From Candidatus Jordarchaeales archaeon (GTDB lineage Archaea > Asgardarchaeota > Jordiarchaeia > Jordiarchaeales > Freyrarchaeaceae): a stretch of 32,000 nt of DNA. The notes beneath the pieces are model-generated. The model saw only the letters and a program-made list of their open reading frames with translations, searched no databases and was not told where the DNA came from. The stretch is taken from contig JAWAHN010000003.1 of the NCBI GenBank assembly GCA_038889235.1, positions 53,703 through 85,702 on the forward strand, in the 5' to 3' direction. Position 1 is the stretch's first letter, and the number at the start of each line of letters is the position of its first letter. The position numbers and the translations under genes were made by a program. Below are positions 26,291 through 32,000 of the stretch, piece after piece.

Positions 26291-27727
26291 TCACTTCCAA
26301 GGCCAATGGGTGAACGACTCGTATATCAGAAGCCACAGAATGCCACCAAGCACAAACCAACCAAGCACACATGAAGTAGCCAAGTGCTGCATCGCCGCCT
26401 GGATCTCCATGAACGGCAACATACCATTTAACAGAAGATACGGCGCAAATCCTGATACCAGTGGTGGAAGAGCTGCTGCAGCTTTCGCATACTCCATCCA
26501 AGCGTAGTAGGCTAGTGTCTGCAGTCCTGAAGCGCCTGCGACTGCTCCCGCTCCTGATAGGGCCATCGCTACAGACGGCGTGCCCAGCACGACCAAGAAC
26601 ACTACGACGCCAATTATGATCGCAACTATCAACGCAAGTATCCTGCCCTTAAGTCCCTTAGCAGCAAACCAGTGCAGCTGGAATGGGTGCTGAAGTATCA
26701 GTACAGCTAGCACAATGCATAACAAGAGGGCTGTCACATTTGCTGGAGCACGTATACTGAGCGTTAATGGAATCTCGAAAACTCTTGTGATTAGACCTAT
26801 AGTGACTTCATACGGGTAGGCGAAGACGTGCGGCGCTGAACCTATGATCGGCATGAGGACGAGCCAGAGTATTACGCCGATTATTATTCCTGTGATAATG
26901 TTCAGTATGCCTTTTACGGGTTGTGCTCTACCCTCGTATGGCCTGACCAGTCCTACGATGCTGAAGCCCGCTATAACGCCGACGAGTAGGGATATCCATT
27001 GGTCGTAGTGGTTGAAGGGCGCGAGTGGTTGGAGTAGTGTTGTGAAGAGGTCGTGGCCGGGTATGTACATCTCGTAGAATGTTGCACCATTCCAGGCCAG
27101 CGTGTTGAAGACCAGGTATAGTATGCCTGCTATTATCCATGAGATCACAGTGTACATCGCGCCCCTCAACACGGGGTGCAATGTGGGCTTCTTTGGTACT
27201 ATTGGCCAGAACTCAAGCTGCGTTGCCCATATTGGGAAAACTACGAAGCCACATGTGCCCAGTAGTAGCATCTCGTAGCCCTTGAAGCCCATTACTCCTA
27301 GGACGTAGAATGTTGCAAACGCTAGGATCAATGAAAGAGCTGCCGTGACTAATCCTGTTTGAGGCTGCTTGGGTGGCGCAGCCCTCTGGAATGGCATGCA
27401 CAGCACAGCAATGACTATGAACCAGACGATGCCGAAGACTATCACTGCCATCCAGTCGAGTGGGTACCCTAGTGGGTTAAGAATGACGGTGTCTGCCCCC
27501 CTCAGTGCTAGGGCTGGTGCTAAGAGCGCTGCAAGCTCGCTGCTGACGCCGAGTGCAGGTAGCACCTCGTGTAAGGCGAATGCGTCCATCACTACTAGTC
27601 TTGTCAGAATGCCTCCTATCGGGTTAAAGAAAACCATGTACATTATGAAGGCTATGGAGTATATTGTGAGCAGGGACAGTACTCCAAGCCAGGGCTGCTT
27701 AAATTTTCCTACAGCTTCCCCCGCCAT
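26291..27727 (-). CDS. Polytopic membrane protein of unknown function (paralog 2)
   Basis: About 478 aa. Aligns by eye along its length with 6897-8294 (GKFKQPW.GVLSLLTIY; NPLGYPLDWM; GYEMLLLGTCGF; HDLFTTLL.PL.PF.HYD.W; HWPWK). Confidence 0.88.
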   Translation of the reverse strand: MAGEAVGKFKQPWLGVLSLLTIYSIAFIMYMVFFNPIGGILTRLVVMDAFALHEVLPALGVSSELAALLAPALALRGADTVILNPLGYPLDWMAVIVFGIVWFIVIAVLCMPFQRAAPPKQPQTGLVTAALSLILAFATFYVLGVMGFKGYEMLLLGTCGFVVFPIWATQLEFWPIVPKKPTLHPVLRGAMYTVISWIIAGILYLVFNTLAWNGATFYEMYIPGHDLFTTLLQPLAPFNHYDQWISLLVGVIAGFSIVGLVRPYEGRAQPVKGILNIITGIIIGVILWLVLMPIIGSAPHVFAYPYEVTIGLITRVFEIPLTLSIRAPANVTALLLCIVLAVLILQHPFQLHWFAAKGLKGRILALIVAIIIGVVVFLVVLGTPSVAMALSGAGAVAGASGLQTLAYYAWMEYAKAAAALPPLVSGFAPYLLLNGMLPFMEIQAAMQHLATSCVLGWFVLGGILWLLIYESFTHWPWK

Positions 27728-27992
27728 TCCCGCTCCCTCTCTCCCGAAGAGAGGTTTGTTAACTTTCATTTTTCGGGGGTTATTTAAATTTAGCGATTTT
27801 TATACATTAAGTATTCGACAAATGTCTACATTTTTTATTAATTTTTTGAAGGATGCTTAGGAAAAGCGTACCTTTTTAGCTAATACGGTGATTTGTTCCC
27901 TCCTAAGGGGATGCCTGCGATGGGCTGGTTGAGTGCTGCCGGCTTTCTCAAACCTGACTTCTCCATGTCTCTCCTAGAAGGGGGTTGTAGTT

Positions 27993-28511
27993 TTGGGGTA
28001 TGCTTCTGATTTGACTGTTTGGACTATTGGGACCAGTACTAGGTCGGCTGACGAGTTCATCTCCCTTCTTAAGGGGCTGGGCGTTGAAGTTGCTGTCGAT
28101 GTTAGGAGGTTTCCCACCTCCCGGTTTGAGTGGTTTAAGAAAGAGGAGTTGAAGCGTATCCTAAACGAGGCTGGGATCGACTACGTTCACTTTGAGGGCC
28201 TCGGCGGCTATCGAAGGGGCGGATACGAGAAGTACATGGGAACGAGGGAGTTTGAGGAAAGCTTTAGGGAGCTTCTGAGACTGGTTGAGAGTGGGAGGCG
28301 GGTCGCCATATTCTGCTCCGAGCGCCTATTTTTCAAGTGCCATAGGAGGTTCATAGCTGACGAGCTGGCGCGTAGGGGTATAACAGTCATCCACGTGGTA
28401 GACGAGAAGAGAATGTTTGTGCACAAGTCTACGGCTGGCGACCAGAGGGTGGGGGGACAGGTGGGCGGAGCGGTAGACACAGGTGGTCTAGGGGGTTCTC
28501 GGCATTCCTAG
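27993..28511 (+). CDS. DUF488 family protein
   Basis: WTIGTSTRS..EF..LL, VDVRRFP.S, LGG.R, CSERLFFKCHRRFIAD. Confidence 0.9.
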   Translation: MGYASDLTVWTIGTSTRSADEFISLLKGLGVEVAVDVRRFPTSRFEWFKKEELKRILNEAGIDYVHFEGLGGYRRGGYEKYMGTREFEESFRELLRLVESGRRVAIFCSERLFFKCHRRFIADELARRGITVIHVVDEKRMFVHKSTAGDQRVGGQVGGAVDTGGLGGSRHS

Positions 28512-29282
28512 GAAGGATTTCACCACGTTCTCTCTCGCCCACTCCTTACCGCTCACAGACTCCATTATCAAAGCGATCTGGGGCGGGTTAGGGAAGAGGC
28601 GGTTCACAATTTCGTCTATACTTAACCCTTCCCTGTGCATTTCTTCAACGCGTCTTTTAAGATCCTTCAAGTACTCCAGGTATGCTTCGACATCCTGCCT
28701 GGCCATTGGACCCGTGCCTCCGAAGGCCATGTTAAAGTCAAGCTTCAAGGATTTTTCCAGAGATTTTATAGTCTCGTTGACCTCTTCCTCCCTCATCCAT
28801 ACCACCTGCTTGCCCGATATGGCTAGGTCCCCGCTGAAGAGGAAGCCGTCCACGAGAAACGAAACGTGGTCGAAGGTGTGGCCGGGGGTCTCAACAACTT
28901 CAACGTCCACCCCGCCGAGGCTTAACCTCTCATCTAGGGGTTCTGCATCAGTAGGCTCAGGCTGCCCCCAGACCACCACCCTGTACTGAGGTATCTTTGG
29001 CGGCGCCCGAAGCAGAGGGATGGTCTTCTCAGGTGCGAGCACCCTAACACCTTTAGCCTTAAGCAGGGGAGCAGCTCCTACATGGTCTTCGTGGTAATGT
29101 GTTATGAGCACGCATTTCGCCCCTTCCAGAGCGGCGGCGACCTCACCCGCCACGTTGGGGCAGCCGCAGTCGAAAACCACTCCCTTGTAGCGGTAAAAAT
29201 GGGTCCAGTAGAGGACTCGCCCTCCCACCTCTGTTCCACACTTGAAAACCTCAACGTCATCGACTAAGCTACTAACCAGCAC
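28488..29282 (-). CDS. Metallo-beta-lactamase fold hydrolase
   Basis: FDCG, ITHYHEDHVG (HxHxDH), TPGHTFDH, LFSGD. Confidence 0.92.
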   Translation of the reverse strand: MLVSSLVDDVEVFKCGTEVGGRVLYWTHFYRYKGVVFDCGCPNVAGEVAAALEGAKCVLITHYHEDHVGAAPLLKAKGVRVLAPEKTIPLLRAPPKIPQYRVVVWGQPEPTDAEPLDERLSLGGVDVEVVETPGHTFDHVSFLVDGFLFSGDLAISGKQVVWMREEEVNETIKSLEKSLKLDFNMAFGGTGPMARQDVEAYLEYLKDLKRRVEEMHREGLSIDEIVNRLFPNPPQIALIMESVSGKEWARENVVKSFLGMPRTP

Positions 29283-29539
29283 GTGGTCAGCCCCCTGGGA
29301 TGAGCCCTTTCGATTTCACCGTAAGAGGGGGAGAGTTTAAACTTAACGATCGCCCTTAAAGCCGTCTATTTGGAGCAACTTGTCCCCCTGGCGTGTTTAC
29401 TCGAACGAGGCGAGACGCTTAAACGCCCCTTACAGTGGATTCTCTCGGTAAAGCCTGCATGCTCCCCGCGGTTTCCGGTTACGTGGGATGCTTTGACTGT
29501 AACACCCTATTAAATGGGGTGGTGCTTCCGGCGGTTAGG

Positions 29540-30952
29540 TTACCCGCCTCTCGCGCTTCTAAAGCACCTGTACCAGTACATTTTAGATATTGTTTTTACA
29601 GCACTATTGAATGACGAGAACACTGGGAACTTAGCGTCCTGGAAGAGCTTTGCAAGCATCCTCTCCGTCTCATAGTAGTAACTGGAGTTTACCACTATGA
29701 AGACTGGTTTACCATGCTCCTCTATGACGCGCCTGCAAGACTCGATAACTATTTCAGCCATTTCACTCCTTCTATCGGTCGACGCCCTGGAGTAAACGTG
29801 AAAGTTTTCGGGTTGCAGCTCCACTACTATGCTGTGGATGTTTCTGTCCGAGGCCGCGGTGCCCAGGGCTTCAGCCATCCTTCCCCTAGAATAAGCCATC
29901 CAGGCGTCCAGCGGGTTCTTAATACTTGACCCGGCTGCTGGGATGATGCTTCTAAGCCTTCTCTGAGTTTCCTCCTCGAACTCGGGCACCTTTAAGCCAT
30001 ACCTGGCACATATATCCGCGTAGACCACGCTCGAGCCGCCTGAATTAGTCATTATTGCAACCCCCCGACCCTTCGGTGGCTCAGCGTACATGAACCCAAC
30101 TGCTATGTCAAGCAAGTCTTCGAAGAAATCGACTTGTATGACTCCCGTCTGCCTGCAGACTCCCTCCCAGACCCTGGCTGATCCAGCCAGAGACCCCGTG
30201 TGGAAGGCCGCAGCCCTAGCCCCCTCCTCACTCATCCCTCCTTTAAGTATGGCGACAGGCTTCTTCATGCACGTTTCCTTTAGCAGTTCGAGGAGGCCGT
30301 CAGTTTTCTTGAAGCCCTCCACGTACCCCAGTATTATGTCCGTTTTAGGGTCGTCCTTGAGGTATCCGAGGAAGTCTATGAAGTCGAGGTCGCAGGCGTT
30401 GCCATAGCTTATAACCTTGCTGAACCTCACGTTTCTGAGACGTGCATTCGCAACCAGGTTCACAGCCCTTCCACCGCTCTGCGAGATGAACGCCACCGGG
30501 CCGGGCTCACTCGGCTGGTCGTTGACAAACCTCAACCCGGATTCAGGGCAGTAGATTCCCATGCAGTTTGGACCTATTATCCTGAAGCCACCCTGCCTAG
30601 CTATCTCAACCAGCTTTTCCTCAAGCGCCCTCCCCTCCGCCGTCCCAGTCTCACTGAACCCCGAAGTGAAGATGTGCACCGCTTTCACCCCTCTTCTGGC
30701 GCACTCAAGTAGAATGCTGGGTGTTTGAGTCGCCGGGACGGCCACTATAACGTAGTCAACTTTTTCCGGTATGTCTAGCAGGCTTGGGTAGCTCTTGACA
30801 CCCGAGACCTCCTTGTAGTTGGGGTTAACGACGAATACTTTGAGCATCCCGGCCTCGGCTAAAGCCTCCACGTAGTACCTCACATTCCTATCAGAGGCGC
30901 CAACCACAGCGACACTTTTAGGATAAAAAACTTCATCCAAGCTTGCACTCAT
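29540..30952 (-). CDS. acdA: ADP-forming acyl-CoA synthetase (ACD) alpha subunit, copy 2
   Basis: LDEVFYPKSVAVVGAS, FTSGFSETG, RIIGPNCMG, SQSGG, YGNACD, FHTGSLAG, TNSGG, NPLD. Confidence 0.92.
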   Translation of the reverse strand: MSASLDEVFYPKSVAVVGASDRNVRYYVEALAEAGMLKVFVVNPNYKEVSGVKSYPSLLDIPEKVDYVIVAVPATQTPSILLECARRGVKAVHIFTSGFSETGTAEGRALEEKLVEIARQGGFRIIGPNCMGIYCPESGLRFVNDQPSEPGPVAFISQSGGRAVNLVANARLRNVRFSKVISYGNACDLDFIDFLGYLKDDPKTDIILGYVEGFKKTDGLLELLKETCMKKPVAILKGGMSEEGARAAAFHTGSLAGSARVWEGVCRQTGVIQVDFFEDLLDIAVGFMYAEPPKGRGVAIMTNSGGSSVVYADICARYGLKVPEFEEETQRRLRSIIPAAGSSIKNPLDAWMAYSRGRMAEALGTAASDRNIHSIVVELQPENFHVYSRASTDRRSEMAEIVIESCRRVIEEHGKPVFIVVNSSYYYETERMLAKLFQDAKFPVFSSFNSAVKTISKMYWYRCFRSARGG

Positions 30953-31085
30953 CGTGGACACCAGCCCGGTGACCGATAGGCTCACGAGAAAAACGGGAAT
31001 TTTAAACCTTACTCAAGACCTGCATAAGTTGGAAGGCGGCTGTGCGTGCAGTCAGCTGGGTGCGTGAAGAGCGAAGTGTTAACTT

Positions 31086-32000
31086 TCAGAAGGGTGAACT
31101 CGACCGCTGAAGGACGAACTCACAGTAGTCATCACCCTTAGCCACACACTTCTCCTCCCTAGAAGTGAATGGAGGCTCCCCCTTGGTCTCAGCAAAGTGG
31201 TTTAGGATTCCCTCCACGATCCACCCGTAAGTGCAAATTGGACGCTTAGCCAGCCTCCTTCTTGCAATGTAGCTTCTGGCGACCTCCGCGTAGATAGACT
31301 GGTACACCCTGAAGACCACCTCGGACTCTTCGAACTTTATCAACTCACTCTTCCCCCAACCCATGGAGGATGTTGAGGAAAGAAAGAAGTTCACCACTTT
31401 TTCAACGCCGTGTTTCTCACCCTGCTTTGCGAGCAAACGACCATAGCCCACGTGTGCCTTCATGTAAGCCGCGTACACAACTCCACCGAACAACTCGACG
31501 GGAACCAGCATTTGAGCAATAGAATACATTCCTCCTTCAACCATCAGTATTCTTTCCCTCCCAATGCCAACAGTACCGTCACTTCTCATCTCCAGCTTGT
31601 TAAGGAATTTCCAGATATCCCCGCACTCCTCAGAAGAAGGGGCTTGGACAGCAGCTGGCTCGTACTTGTTGCGGGCTAAGTATGTAAGCTCTTCCTCTAT
31701 ACCTTTGAAGGGGTCCTCCTTGTCGCATGCGGGCTCAATATAGAACTCACAATAATCGTCTCCGAGAGCGAAGCACTTTTCCGAGTAATATGTGAGCGGT
31801 GGGGCGCTACGGCCGCTTTTCTCCAACGCCGCTCTGACTGCTCCAACCCAGTTGTAACCCCACCACGGGCAACTGAAGAACGGAAACACAGCTTTAACAT
31901 TTCTAATATTTCTCTTAAACCAGCACGACACAGCTGAATTGTATATCCTCACGATGACCCTAGGCTTTTCAATGTCGGCCTCAACAATTTCAGTCTTACC
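31086..32000 (-). CDS. Tandem V4R-domain protein (N-terminus outside the window)
   Basis: Frame is open to the window edge (GKTEIVEADIEKPRVIVRIYNS). GWGK motif and two EKC.A.GDDYCEF motifs. Confidence 0.88.
   Translation of the reverse strand, partial: GKTEIVEADIEKPRVIVRIYNSAVSCWFKRNIRNVKAVFPFFSCPWWGYNWVGAVRAALEKSGRSAPPLTYYSEKCFALGDDYCEFYIEPACDKEDPFKGIEEELTYLARNKYEPAAVQAPSSEECGDIWKFLNKLEMRSDGTVGIGRERILMVEGGMYSIAQMLVPVELFGGVVYAAYMKAHVGYGRLLAKQGEKHGVEKVVNFFLSSTSSMGWGKSELIKFEESEVVFRVYQSIYAEVARSYIARRRLAKRPICTYGWIVEGILNHFAETKGEPPFTSREEKCVAKGDDYCEFVLQRSSSPF

Noticed and set aside
25506-26507. 333-aa plus-strand ORF rich in N/T/P/H/Q
   Set aside because: Antisense to the methyltransferase and membrane gene; its composition mirrors G/T-rich codons on the other strand.
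28488-28511. 24-nt convergent overlap of DUF488 and MBL genes
   Set aside because: The DUF488 tail is low-complexity Gly-rich sequence, most likely simple stop-codon drift.
29283-29539. 257-nt intergenic stretch as a possible ncRNA
   Set aside because: I could not find a cloverleaf, a C/D or H/ACA box pair, or a long stem.
1-32000. Selenocysteine or pyrrolysine read-through, rRNA, tRNA, IS elements
   Set aside because: Intact genes end where their families normally end, in-frame stops occur only in multiply frameshifted remnants, and no RNA gene or transposase signature was seen.

Overview
Archaeal DNA (GGAGG/GAGGTG ribosome-binding sites, frequent TTG/GTG starts, ADP-forming acyl-CoA synthetase alpha subunits, a COG2521-type methyltransferase, vapBC, V4R proteins, a methanogenesis-marker-16 homolog). 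It looks like an anaerobic, probably thermophilic heterotroph; the lineage cannot be fixed from this window. About 25 intact CDSs form a catabolic neighbourhood. It holds a GH1 glycosidase, a secreted AFL-type lipase, a secreted type-B carboxylesterase, an amidohydrolase, an MBL hydrolase, an atypical M28/PA protein, two ACD alpha subunits, a TauE exporter, Acr3, two paralogous polytopic membrane proteins of unknown function, and a three-gene glycyl-radical operon (GRE, activase, tandem split-barrel flavoprotein). Between 21.0 and 25.3 kb there is one intact vapBC, frameshifted remnants of further vapB/vapC genes and a decayed HEPN-MNT pair. The best leads are the unassigned GRE operon, a putative lipid/glycolipid scavenging module around the unknown membrane-protein family, an MtaA-like protein lacking all three Zn ligands, and an M28 protein with a rewired active site. 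I saw no rRNA, tRNA, CRISPR array or transposase. Family assignments come from motif recognition and recall, not database searches. Several starts were moved from the ORF track to RBS-supported codons.
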